A stretch of DNA of 64,000 bases from Bugula neritina (lineage: Eukaryota > Animalia > Bryozoa): positions 2,243,628 to 2,307,627 of the forward strand of contig OZ037771.1 of assembly GCA_964035545.1 (NCBI GenBank), written 5' to 3'. Both the position numbers and the translations under genes were made by a program. This document shows, in pieces, positions 1 to 12,808 of the stretch. A model generated the notes under the pieces. The model searched no databases. It had not been told where the DNA came from and saw nothing but the letters and a program-made list of their open reading frames with translations. Numbering within the stretch: the first letter of the stretch is position 1; the number at the start of each line of letters is the position of its first letter.

Positions 1-1199
1 CAGACACACGTCTTTCAATAACTTGCTAAGAATGAGATGGCTTGTGGTAGTACCAGCATGTTACGCCAAGGGAGATGATTCCAAACTCATTACTCACGCC
101 AACTACCTGATTGCATCAAAATAGTTTATAATATATAGATTGGAGCCTTATTTCTAACAAAACTATTAGTACGTCTCAACTAAGCACCAGTTATTGCTTT
201 CAGGTATGTCTCATTCAGGTAATTGGGGGTGCCTCTTTAAGGGTAAACTGAAGTAATGGACAATACTCAAATAACAATAAATATCTTAGAGTTGTTTACC
301 ATCCAAAATACTAAATATATATTCATTACAACTCTTGTTAAAATGAGTAAGTAAAGTTTAAAATGGCTTTAATATACATGTGTACATTTTATTGATCAGT
401 CTAGCTTAGCATGTTCAATGCCACTTTTATTCAGCACACTATTTGACTAAACATAAATTATTTCGCCTAATTTATCTCTTTAATTTATTATAAATTCAGT
501 TCATATTGAGAACACTACACTAGAGTATGCTATCCTTTCAAGATCTGTAGACTATAGCACTATCCAGGGTATGTTTATGTGGCAATTTCGCCTCTAACTC
601 ATTTTTAGTAGTCTGAACAAACTTAGCTCAACCCTGAGACCATTTATAGTGTGTTATATGCAGTTTAATAAATTTCAGTTCAATAGTAAATTATTTAACA
701 TACCTATCAATTAGAACTGTAGTGGCATAGTAATGCTTATAATTATAAGGAAAATAATAATACAAGTGAACTTAAATGATTTACTAAATTTTCAAATGAT
801 GCATGATCAAACATATCACTAAAATAACTAATTCTCTTATGCTTGTGATACAATTTTACATTATGAAAATTGCTTTCATTGCTTACAATTACTACTATGA
901 ATACTTTATCCACTAACCATAAGAATGTATGCAAACATTATATATTTGCTTGAAGTATCAAAAAATACCTATGCATAATAAAAAATTAAAAATCAAATGC
1001 CGCTATACTGTGAGGTGAAATTGATTTGGTGAAAAGGTTCCATTCTCTCAATAAGTATTAAAAACAAGCAACAATTGCTTAATGCATATTTATTAATAAT
1101 AATTGTAATACTAATAGTAATATTTAGTAAGTTTAATGATTATTTTAAAAACAAAAACCTTTAGGCTTTAACTTTATAATATGATTATGACATCTATAT

Positions 1200-2340
1200 C
1201 AAATATTCAAGTTTTGTATCTGTATCTCTGACTAGGACACTATGACTATCACTACCAGTATAAGTATTAGATTACGATTAAGTTTGAGTATCACCATGGT
1301 AATAATCGTGAATGATGGTGAATATTGATATTCATATTATTGTTAAATTCTAACTTAAACTTATTTCAATTTATATATAAACAGCAACATCAACATGAAC
1401 ATGCATTTCAGTATCACTACAAGTATTAAGTATCAGTATGGTTATCAGATAACTATAACTATACGATTATGATGATTACTACAGTAATGCTAAATGCAAA
1501 TTGTAATGCAATTTAATGGGTGAAATTGATTTTTTTGTTATTTCAACTTAATAGTAATATTATTAATATTATTATAATTAAAAAATTGAATATTAAAGAA
1601 TATATTCAAATTGGAAACATTAAAATATTATTATTCTCAAACCTCAACAATAAAAGTTAAAATCAAATTAATTTTAAAGTGAGTAACCTGTGGTGTAAAA
1701 ATTACCTTTACATTAAGTTTAACTTTACAGCTTAGGCTTAAACTTAAAGTAAAAGTCAAACTTAAAGTTAATGTTTAAACTTCAACTTTAACTTTTAGTT
1801 TGAGTTTAAACATTAACTCTTACAGTTTTCAATCTCTGTCACCGAGACTCTGAGAGTGAGTTGGTGTTACACTCAGTCAGTGACTTACAGTTTGAGTCAC
1901 TGCTACAGTAAGTGTAACTCTAACTGTAAGACTAAGTCAAAGTGTTGCTGTTACGTGAGTGTTAAATTAAGGCTAACTCCAAGTCACTTCGACTTTGAGT
2001 TTGAGTCAAATCTTGACACTTGACTTAGAGTTTCTCATTAGCCATACTCATAGTCATAGTGATAGTCAATCACTCAATGTCATGCTGTTTGTAAGTGTGT
2101 TACTGTCACTGTTAGTGTTACTGTTAGTGATTTACTTTTGGTCATTTACAAATTGAAATTTAAATTACTGGTAGTGGTTAACCATAGGCATAACAGTAAC
2201 TTCAGAATTTAAAATTAATGTCAATATTGAAAAAATTCAAATTACACTTACAGCTGTGAGCACCTAGATCATGAACGAAATCTGTGTATTATCATACTAT
2301 TACTATTAGTATCACTGTAAGTGTAAGTATAACTGTTAAC
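1200..2340. repeat. Degenerate 6-bp-periodic (ACT/AGT-NNN)n low-complexity tract
   Basis: Runs such as act-cat-agt-cat-agt-gat-agt (about 2046-2066) and gtt-act-gtc-act-gtt-agt-gtt-act-gtt-agt (about 2099-2128). No ORF of 60 aa or more. Boundaries approximate. Confidence 0.5.
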
Positions 2341-2582
2341 TAGTAAAACAGCTGACTTTTTCACGGTCTGGCAAATGATCAAGTCCAAACGATAAAATTC
2401 ATGTAGTTGTTATGAAGATCTCCGGTTAATGCATTACCAATAGCGGTGCATTTTGGGTAGCCGAGTTTTTCAATTGTAACCTAATTGTTTTATACGTATA
2501 AAACACGCACCGCCTCAAAGGCCTTTGTTGTTAAAATGCTTTGGAAACTTAGGTTGCGAAGGTCAATACACACTAAGAATTA

Positions 2583-2619
2583 GAGTCATCTCCTCAAAGC
2601 GGCTTGGAGGAGATGACTC
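2583..2619. other. Perfect 13-bp stem hairpin, possibly the subterminal hairpin of a non-autonomous DNA or Helitron-type element
   Basis: gagtcatctcctc-(aaagcggcttg)-gaggagatgactc; the arms are exact reverse complements. The element assignment is only a guess. Confidence 0.55.
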
Positions 2620-3604
2620 GGAATATTGACAATCATTAATTAATAATGCATGTCAATAACAGCATGTAATGCTGAACATATGATACAAAGTATTTACTAG
2701 CAGATAATATAATGTAATAACTTAAATTAATCATCTAAAAGTTGTACTCATCTATTTAAAAGTAATGCATATAATTATTTATTGCTCATTGCTTAAATGT
2801 TGTTATAACTATAATTAAGCCTTTGTTTTATTTTCTAACTTTTAAATGTGGTAAAAGATCAATCTTAAAAACCATGTGTACTTCTTTATAGGGTAAAACA
2901 CCAAATTATTGAGGCTCGGCTTAAAAGAAATATAAGTAAGAGAGTGGTTGTAATTATTATATTATTGTTTTGTGTTTTATGCATGCATTAAAGTAACATC
3001 AATACTGTAGAGTAACATGATAAGATCACGTTCTCGTAGTTTGCCAAAGTTGAAAACACTTCAAATATTTTTGAGCCCAACTATTAAAACTTTAGAAAAA
3101 GCTCAAGATGCCTTTGAATTCATTGTAAGATGCAAGGAAAGTCAAATGCAAGTTTGATGGCTAATAATTGTTTTGAAACCTTTGCTGTAATTCTTCACTT
3201 GGTTTGTTACATGCACGTGTACATTTACATGCAAGTGTATGCATCAGCATGTATGTACACACATGTGCAAGTATAGCACAGCTAAGTATTGGCTAACTAA
3301 TGCTAAACTGCAAAAAGTCTAACTAATGTTGAACATATTATGGAGTCTAGGATTCACCTACTTATACATAAGATATTATAACGTTATTTGCAAAAAAAGA
3401 TTTGAAATATTTTTAAACAATATTTTATTGTATTTAATAAAGTATATACAGGGTTCTCTTTGAATTATTTTAGCATATAAGTTTCTTGGATGAAAATTAA
3501 AGTGAAGTAACGTAAAACTTTATGTAATTTATAAAAGTTTTAAATTTAAAAAAAAATTATCGCTATGAATTATAGTCTTTTCTTCTAACAAAGATGTGTC
3601 TCTG

Positions 3605-4914
3605 TTATGACATAATATACTCAATTTTATTTAGCTTGATAACTCTATCTTCTACATATGTTTGAGATGGGCAGTCCACGTACTTCTCACAACAATCTGG
3701 ATATCTCACTTTTCTGGAAACCTGTACTTGTTTTATTACACACCCCTGAGCCTCCTGCCCTGGTGTCAACTGTATATCAACAACACCACATCTGCAAGTA
3801 TCAGAAAATCAACATTTTATTGCACCATTCCAATTTATTATTATTAGTATAATTTTGCGTTTTAGTTTAGCTTTTATTCCCAAACTCTTAGCTTTAAAAG
3901 CATTTTGAGGCTAAAATTTAAATTGGCAATTATTCAATGGTAGGAAGATTTATTGGGGAGAATATTAAATATGATGAAGTGTGCAACACCTGTATGTTAG
4001 AGTTGAGCACATTATATTGCGTTTGAAGCAATAATTTATAAATGTTTCATATAGAACAAGAATATTGGACTCACCCCTCTCCATTAGCTTGAGGTTTGAT
4101 AGTTGAACAGGTTCTTTTCTCACATTTCACTTTAGAGTAGAAAACAGTGCCTGTCGGGTGGTGATTACACACTGGAAATATGCAGACAAAATCAACAAAC
4201 AGAACTTACTCAAACTTAACAACATTAGAAGTTGTCACACTGTTTAGTTTATATCTTTCAATATCTTAGATTCTGAGATGTATGTTAGTGATAAAGTACT
4301 ACCAGATCGAGATACAAGATATATTATTTTGTTATCAAAGTTTTTTACAACACTTGCAGCAACCTAACGAATTGAACATTCTACAGCCGAATTACAAATG
4401 ATGTCATTTTTACAACGTGAACCTTGTGTCAAATAAAAATTAAAATTTAGTGGCTTTTGGTGCAAAAAATTTAATTTGCCACAAAATATTTCAAAAATAT
4501 TTGATAAAATAAAATCGATATGAACTTCTATAAACTAAAACCTTATAAGATGTACATAACTAACTATTCTTATGTTACTAATATTAAGAGACAATATTTG
4601 CAAAGAGCAAATATTTGCATCAGAAATTTAATAACAACTTTAATGCCCAACTATGTTTTGAAAGTCTTGAAATGAATTGTGTAAAGGATATAATTATAGC
4701 AACTATTGCATATATAGACTAGATTTTGAAAATATTTTTAGATTAGTAAAGAAAAATGTTATTTTGTATTATTGAGGTGAAAAAGATTTTGCAGACTCAA
4801 GATATTTTACATTAGAAAAGGTGAAAACAACTTACATGGGAACTTCTCTACAAATGTGTGTGAATTAATAAAGATTATCAAAATGATAAACACTGAGACT
4901 CTGAGAAAGTTCAT
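3605..4914 (-). CDS. Secreted single-domain vWF type C (SVWC)-like protein, copy 0 (120 aa, 3 exons)
   Basis: Exons 4914-4836, 4171-4075, 3791-3605 (GT-AG, phases 1 and 2). MNFLRVSVFIILIIFINSHTFVEKFPLCNHHPTGTVFYSKVKCEKRTCSTIKPQANGEGCGVVDIQLTPGQEAQGCVIKQVQVSRKVRYPDCCEKYVDCPSQTYVEDRVIKLNKIEYIMS*. Signal peptide, 8 Cys, YPDCC motif. Confidence 0.85.
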
Positions 4915-5005
4915 TGTTAAACTCAATGAAAGAAATTCAAGTACAATCATATATACGTAGTTGCTGTTGAATGAAGCACTACTTAATGATTTTGCTGTTT
5001 ATATA

Positions 5006-5023
5006 CCCCCCCCCCCCCCCCCC
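5006..5023. repeat. Poly-C tract (18 nt) about 90 bp upstream of the SVWC copy 0 start codon
   Basis: C18 run, i.e. G18 on the gene's strand. Confidence 0.9.
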
Positions 5024-5190
5024 ATCCAACTTCATAACCTCAAAATCCTTAGATCAAAATTAACTTAAAGGATTTGCTTACGTTTCATGATAATATTCCA
5101 GTTGTGAAGCTATATATATGCAACTATTTATTTCTATTAAACACATGATATAGTTAAGCCAATTGTTGAGTGGTCATTTATAGCTGTATT

Positions 5191-5233
5191 AACATGGCTA
5201 ACAATCTCATAAACAACCTGTTGCTATAGCAAT
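5191..5233 (-). promoter_or_regulatory. RFX X-box-like motif(s) upstream of SVWC copy 0
   Basis: gttgctatagcaat at 5220-5233 and a weaker partner at about 5188-5202. Homologous to the block at 20358-20403. Confidence 0.45.
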
Positions 5234-5935
5234 GGAAATCTATTACTATTCTTTAGTGTCATTTTAGAGTGAGGCTGTGTGAAGGATTTAACCTGTTTCT
5301 GAAATCACAATTGTGTCATTTACATATACATACCTATGAAATGTTCATCAAAGAATTGTATCTATTAAATATTTATTTTAATAATATATTATAATTTATA
5401 CCATAGTTAACAATACATTAGATGAATAAATATATATTAACTGTAAATGTTATACAGTTATAAACGTGACTATTACAGATAAGGTATCATGCTCTTTCAT
5501 ACTGTGTAATATGCGACATGCATAATGTACTTTTTTATTCCAGTTATATAAAATATCAGCATTAACTTTGATTTCGTAAGTGGATCAATAATAAACAATT
5601 AAATACTCCAATATATACAGTTTCAAAATAGGAATAGTAGCTCGTTTATAAAACATTTAAAATACATTTTTATTATATAGTAACTTATATATAACTTTTT
5701 CAAAAAACTTAAATCTATTTAGCATCTACACCTGAACTGCTGTGTAGTTGATGTTTGTTAGAATATAGAAGACTGAAGTCATGTGACCTACTTAATCTCT
5801 AGTCTACAAATACTACATGTATATGCATAGTGTGTCAGGGTAGCGGATTGTGAAGTTACACGAGAACACAACTCTAAGTATTGTTATAAAGCCCACGTAT
5901 CAGCCTAGGCAAAGCAAGAGTTGGATCAGCATGAA

Positions 5936-6210
5936 TTAGGATTTGCTGTCTGATTCTTTTGCACTCGAATCTTTTAAATTGACTTCTTCATCTTCCATTT
6001 TCTCTTTACTTTGAACTCCTATTCGGACTCCCATATCTGTATCGTGTTTTGTGATTCGCTTATGCTGCAATCTACTCAGCAACGGTAAGAAGTATAACAT
6101 AAATCCGCTGATTGCAATAGATCCTCCTATACTAGCAAATGACCAAGTGTAGCTGGCAGTTGCATCATATAACCAACCTGTAAGAGATACAATGTTGTTA
6201 CTCACTGTAG

Positions 6211-6290
<80 letters not shown>

Positions 6291-9200
6291 GTGCGTGTGT
6301 GTGTGTGTGTGTGTGTTTTGCACCTGCATAAACATACATGTGCAACAAGTTAACCTTGTGATGGTGTTTTGTTTCCAATTTCATGACTGCCAGGCTGCTA
6401 AGTTTCTATTGGCTGATTTGTTCACACCCCTAGGCCTATGAAAGTTTACTATAAACTATAAAGGAGACTGAAATCTTACCCGCTATTGGTGGTCCAATCA
6501 GAACAAAGACACCTTGCACCAGAAGTGTGAGACCAAAGCTGCTGGTCAGTTTATCTACTCCAAGTAGATCCACAAGGACAATAGCTGTTAGGGACACATA
6601 CCCACCTGGGAGATGTGAAAGTCATACATATTAGACAGAAATAGTCTTAATATATTATCACACTATAGTGGCCTATATTGGACTATGTTTCACATTTCTA
6701 TAGTGTACTATATTACACCACTGTATTACAACTACAGCTTGATTTAACTATGAAACAATGAAAATTGAATAGTTGTAGGTATAACTGACCAATAAAGAAG
6801 CCGAAGAGTGCTGCGTAAGCAATCTGCATCTGGTGACTTGGGAAAGAGCTGAATGCTGTACAGAGTCCAGTTATGACTAGACCAGTGCTGTATAAGTAGA
6901 GTCTATATGGTTTGATGTATCTGTTATCAGCCAAGTATCCGAACATGATTCTACCAATAGTGTTACCGATTCCAATGATAGACAAGAGAAAGGCAGCCGC
7001 TTTAGGCTCTAGCCCATACTCAATACCTCGATCTGGTAGAAAGATGAATGGACCGTTAAACCCCAGGTTTGTGAATATGTTTGATAGCAAAAAGAGGAGA
7101 AAACCCCAATCTGAGAGAAGTGAAAAGTCGATAAGTGATTTAAACGAATCAGTGAACCGCTCAAAACAGGTTGCTGGTTGCTTAGTGTTAGTTTGTGGTG
7201 TCTTGACTTGATGGAGAGAGTGTACTAGTGACATGTTGCTGGTGATGTAGTCAGCTTTGTTCTGTGTGTACAGAGGGATGTTGTGTAAACTGCCACTGTA
7301 GAATACGTCCTTCCTGTGTAGTGGTATGTGTTGTTTCAGTTGATGGCCAGTGACATACTGATTGTTCAGTGAACTGATAGATGCGATATTGAGTGATACT
7401 TTACTTTTTACGTGACTTCCTGACGGCCTTGGTTTATCTCCTTGTGTCTCGCCAGAAGGCTTTCCATTCTGTTGTGTTTGGTTGACAGCCTCTAAAGTCT
7501 CAGTATTGTCAACGAGAGGAAGGGGGCGTAGAAGAGCCCCCAACACGCAGCACTGTAAGATTATCCCGGCCAACAAGAAACACGTTTGCTTCCATCCAAA
7601 CTCTTCAATAAAGTATGCGGAAAGTGGAGCGAATATGAAAGTGCCGAAACCTGAACCACAGCAAGCAAGGCCAGTAGCCAGAGCTCTTCGTCTCTCAAAG
7701 TAATAGCTGACTATCACTATAGCTGGAAGGTAGACTAAACCAAACCCTATACCACCAATAACTCCGAAACTGATGTACAAGTACCACATTGCTGGTGCAT
7801 AAGGACTGATTATAAAGCCGACAGCACCTATCACAGCTCCTATGATGCTCACTGTCCTACAGCTGTAATGGTTCACCAACGCACTGGACAAAGGACCTGT
7901 AAAAACCAGTTGAAATATAATGTGTTGTAAATAGCTATTGTTAAATTGAGTAACATATTAATAGTTTCATACTATAATATAATAAATACGTCTTCATAAT
8001 TTAATACATCTATGTCAAATTGGTCAGAGGCCAACAACACATTTTTATCTAACTTTATTATTAATTTAAGGTTTGTTATGCTGCAGTATAATGTTGTTTT
8101 AGCAATTTGCTTTTAGTTTACATTTCTACATTATAATTAAAAATGAAATTTTTTCTGTTTTGATATTTTGTTGCTTGAAAACAAACTAATTATCAACTCA
8201 CCAGTTGCTAGGGTCATGCCAACAAATATGGAAAGGATCCAGGCGGTGTCCCCCTTGCCCCCCTGAAAGTCTTCTAGGAGAGCCACGAATATCACCCCAA
8301 ATGAGTACGTGATGCCGTCAAGTATGACGTGCAGACCAAATGAGCAGAACACAATCATCCAGCCCCAACCTGAAATATTTCAACAGTTTTACCTACATGA
8401 CTAGAGCTTTACACAATACGTGTAATATAGCGATTACCAACCAGGTTTCAAGTTAGAATAATAATATAATAATTATAACGTTGTAGGCTAAGAAGATATA
8501 TCTAAGATACTTGTAGTTATATAATTGCAGATACATGTTTGCTCAAAACGTAGTTCTTAAAATTAAACATGTTTACAAACTTTAGTTTAGTTTAGCATCT
8601 ACCATTTTATGAACAAGAATATTTAGTTTAATTGAAAACACAGTCACACTTTATAAAACTCATCAAAGTCATGTTTATCACATGCCTAAAGACTTAATAT
8701 TTAGCATACTTCTGACTTTTCTGGATATGCAGCTTTCAGATTTTGGCTTAATGCCAGAAAATTCATCCTGGGTTTGCTTGATTTTAGATTTATATAAGCA
8801 ACTTTATACATTGCTAAACTCTGAAGCAGATTCTATATAGAGAACCTTCAGTCTGTATTTACAACTTGCTGCAAATACAGTATGCAGCGCTTTTAACACA
8901 CATTTGAAAAGATAAGTTTTATAAAAGTAAGCGAGAAAAGTAGACTTTTGGCCTACATATCAGCAAGTAAACCTTTCATATTAACTAAAATCAGTTGAAA
9001 TGAAATTTATATGTCACAAATAAAGATAAAGAGGGTGCATAAACTTGCATAAAGAAGTTATTGTTGACAAATAAGGGATGTTTAACCATATTCAATCAGC
9101 CCACTCAATTGAAAAAGCCGAAAGGCTAATTATCATCAACACACCTTCTAAGTCTGAAATGAGTTTGTATGAAGTGACAGCGAGTTTACTCTGATTGTAC

Positions 9201-11309
9201 CCATTTAAATTGATGCTTGAGCGATTCCCAAGTTGTCATTTGTTTTCTCATTGAAAAAGTAAATGCCAGAGTATGTTTAGTCATAATTTAATTGGGTATT
9301 TACAATGTAAGAAATATGTTAGTACAATTTGTAAGTCATTTGATGAGAATATTGATGAGAATGGCTTGCCTGAACTAAGCTTACATCTTCTATGACAATT
9401 GTTTTGCTTAAAAATGGGGAGGTGGGAACAGTTATCCATTCACCACTAAGCTAAACTTAAGGACCAAAAGCTAAGCTAGCTAAAAATCTGATTCAAGTTG
9501 TTCACGGTGATACTTTTATGTATGAAATATTCTAGATAAATTTACTTTAAACAAATGCATAAACCCTCCTTGTCCTTCTGCAGTTTCGCGAACACCATTA
9601 GTCAATGGTAACTGCATGCAGAAGTCCAAAGTAAGCAGTAATAATATTTTCTAGCTGTGATGAAAGTGAATGTTTCAAGCTTTCATTTGCTGGCAGCCTA
9701 CAGTGTGAAGTAGTCCCACAGGTGTTTGTAAGTACAGGAGTAGAGATTTGAAAGTCTTGAAGAAGCTGAATTACTGAGTAGGTCTTTAACTACTTACTGT
9801 ATAATATTATACTGGAACAGTTGAAACTTTAAATTAATTCCAGAGGCATGTACTTAACATAGCATAACAACGGAGAACACAAAACACATGCTACACACCG
9901 GAACAAGCTTGAGTTGACATAGCTCAACTTTGACCTACAACTTGAGTTCTAGCTGTGATCTAATTCAAACAAGAATATTTCAAAAACAGCTATGATAGTA
10001 TTATGTATCTAAATACCTATAATAGAAGGAGTTCACAAATTTGTTTACAGACAACTTAAAACTTATTAAACTTATTAATGCCATAAATAAATTAATTTTA
10101 TTACAACATGAATATCTATTTATAACCCATGAAAAAACTTGTTAGCTAGCTGAATATACTGTAGAAACAATAGTAAGCTGTAAAGTAAAATGGTAAATGT
10201 CAAAAGGCATATTATTTAGCAATTTGCCAGCTGGTAGAGTGAATGAAAGGTCACTAGCCCATTCTGCTGCTAAATACTGGAGTTATTGATTGACCAATTG
10301 ATTGATTATTGATCTACAGCAACTAAGCTCAATGGTACTTTAAAATATTAACTGGATTAAATCAAAGCTATGATTGGCTATATATACTTCATATTATTTT
10401 ATATGTTATCAATTATAATCAGTATTGCTATTATATCACAGTGCATTAGCATTTAGTTATATATAATAGAACTAAGTTTGATTTACTATGTTTTAACAAA
10501 AGCATATCACAAAGATGGCAGTATTTAGCAAGAAGACCCTTATAAGAATTAATTATTAAGAGTTGAAATTTTTTTATCTATTTGAATAGTAAAGTACAGT
10601 AAAATTTATATTCCTTCGTCCGTACACCTTTTTTATATAAGATGTTTGAATAAATATTCTGATGTTTGATCTTGTATATGAATAATGTATCCAATATATT
10701 TTTGAATTTTGACATTCTTTTTTTATAAATGGTTAGTTAAAATTCATAGCTTTGGTCATTTTGTCAATGCTTTAAATTCAATTTGATTAATTTTCTACAA
10801 GGTGCTATTTTAATCAACTGAAGCTAACAGCTACTATTTATTCTATTAAATTACAGTAAACCAAACAAGCAACTACAGCAAAATGCTGTCAAAATAAGCT
10901 GACTTGCAGCTTCCAAACAGACAGACATACAGAAATTCTTATGCTGCTCGATGTCTGTTAGCAAATAACTGTAACTTCCGTAACTATTAGGCTTTCATTC
11001 ACTTGAATCTAACTTTTTACCAGTTTGCATGCTATTGAGTTATCTCACTCAAACTGACTATGAAAGAATATGAACTCAGCGGTTTCAATCTGCTTTTAGG
11101 AAATGGAAGTTAGACTAGACAAATATAAACAGGAAATCGCTACCTCCATCTGGTGGCTCAATAGTCTTAGCTAATTTTTCTTCCACATCCTGTTCTGTCA
11201 ACAATTGGTTTGGAGCTGCAGTTGGTGGTTTCAAAGAATTGTCTACTGGCTCTAGTAATCTCTCAGTTGGTGCCCGAGTATCCGAGGCACTCCGTTGTCT
11301 AGAAGCCAT
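5936..11309 (-). CDS. SLC16 / monocarboxylate transporter (MFS) paralog A, 5 exons, about 602 aa
   Basis: Exons 11309-11144, 8369-8202, 7896-6790, 6605-6480, 6177-5936, with all introns phase 1. The SLC16 signature PPDG|GWGW spans exons 1-2; [11 protein letters not shown] motif; 12-TM layout with a long central loop. Confidence 0.95.
6213..6316. repeat. (GT/CA)n microsatellite, about 52 units, in MCT-A intron 4
   Basis: Direct observation; explains the spurious poly-VC and poly-HT ORFs. Confidence 0.98.
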
Positions 11310-12808
11310 ATTTATGAAGTAGTATTGTATTTTCTTGGCTACTTGCCAATGCTGAGCCGTAAGATAGCCACTAACTTTGTCAGCCTATTGTAAATAAATA
11401 AGCCTTCATGCCTTGCTCCTACAGCTCAATGAATACAATGCTCATTTGCATATTCATGATTTAAAACTGCCTGCTGACATTTTAACTTTGCCTTAATAAG
11501 AAACACTGGCAGAGGATTTGTTGTAACACACACATGAGCAATATCTTTACAATATGCTCTAAAGGTGACCCATTACTAAATGCTTTGCTCTATGTCAATG
11601 CATGATAACTCCAACTAATCGTTATCTTCACTAGTTAGTCGAGTAAATGAAGGAATAGCTGAGGGCTAGGTTTACCACTAACAGTTTTTAAAGGGAATTA
11701 TATGAGTTTGCACAAAATATTTGGAAACTGCTTTATCATTTTAGGTTTAAACTTTAGATTAAATACAGTAATGCTATTAACAATTTTTTGCATGTGTTGT
11801 AACATAAAAAAGCAAATTTGTGTAAGTTTACAATGACATAGTGTGTTTATTTATTTGTAAACTCCTTTAAAAAGCTTCTTTGCTAATCATATAGCTTAAG
11901 AACTTTAGATTAAGGAGTGATGGAGTGACATTGACTTATAGGTGGTGTATACACCAGCCTAGCACAATAAGTATCACAGGCCTCAATGAAAATATATGCT
12001 CTTTAAGTCATAATATAGCTTGAAACAAAAGTTATTCGAAAGACTCAAGTTTCTTACAGCTGGATTTATAACTCTGTAATATTATATTATTATGATGGAA
12101 GTTCACGAAGAACGCGATAAAATTTGATAGATTCAAGTGAAACAATCTACATTAACTAGAATTAGTCAAAACAGCATGTGAAGTCAAATCATAACTTAAA
12201 TATTTGTAAGATAAAATATAATTGCAAGTTTTTGAAACATCTTTAGACATCTGCTTGCTCCAATTGTTGCCACAAAAGAACCAGATACTCTTGTTGTTAT
12301 AGAAACCACAGCTCTCTGTCATCTTAGCTTCTTTTTGCCACGGCAAAGTCTGCCAAATGTGTGCTTCAGCATAGCTGTTATACTTTAAATTTTGGATCAG
12401 AGAGTTCCCTGAAGAATATAAGCGATTGAAAACACGAAATTTGTCAGTGAAATTTTTTTTATGGCTAAAATTAAATTCAAATTGCATAATTTGAATTGAT
12501 TTGTATTTTAGGCTAGACAGAAAAAAATTTCTGCACCGCAATAAACATTGAACTATAACTTTAAGTTTTTAATTAGGTGGAAATAACTCCTTAGTGTTAA
12601 ATTCATACCTACAAAGGAGATAACTCCTATGCAAGTGTATAAGTTGATGCAGCTATGAGTAATGACCAATTAGAAGCATGCTGTCTTGAAGTTGAGAAAG
12701 TATATACACTGAAGATTTTACAAATCACACAGAGCTGTGGTCTCAAGCTGAGATCATTTAAACTGCAATCTCCTGTCAATAGAGCAAGACTTTGAGTTCG
12801 GTTACAAG

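Noticed and set aside
3658-3852. ORF-track 61-64 aa ORFs (also 26819-27004) that look conserved between repeats
   Set aside because: They are antisense or off-frame shadows of SVWC exon 3; the spliced reading with 8 Cys and a signal peptide explains the conservation.
6202-6441. Poly-HT and poly-VC ORFs
   Set aside because: Translations of the (GT)n microsatellite.
6912-7703. Plus-strand ORFs over MCT-A (and minus-strand ORFs at 17288-18575 over MCT-B)
   Set aside because: Antisense shadows of coding exons.
12152-12541. 129-aa ORF between the two MCT genes
   Set aside because: Non-ATG start, AT-rich composition, no recognisable motif or splice context; possibly a decayed repeat.
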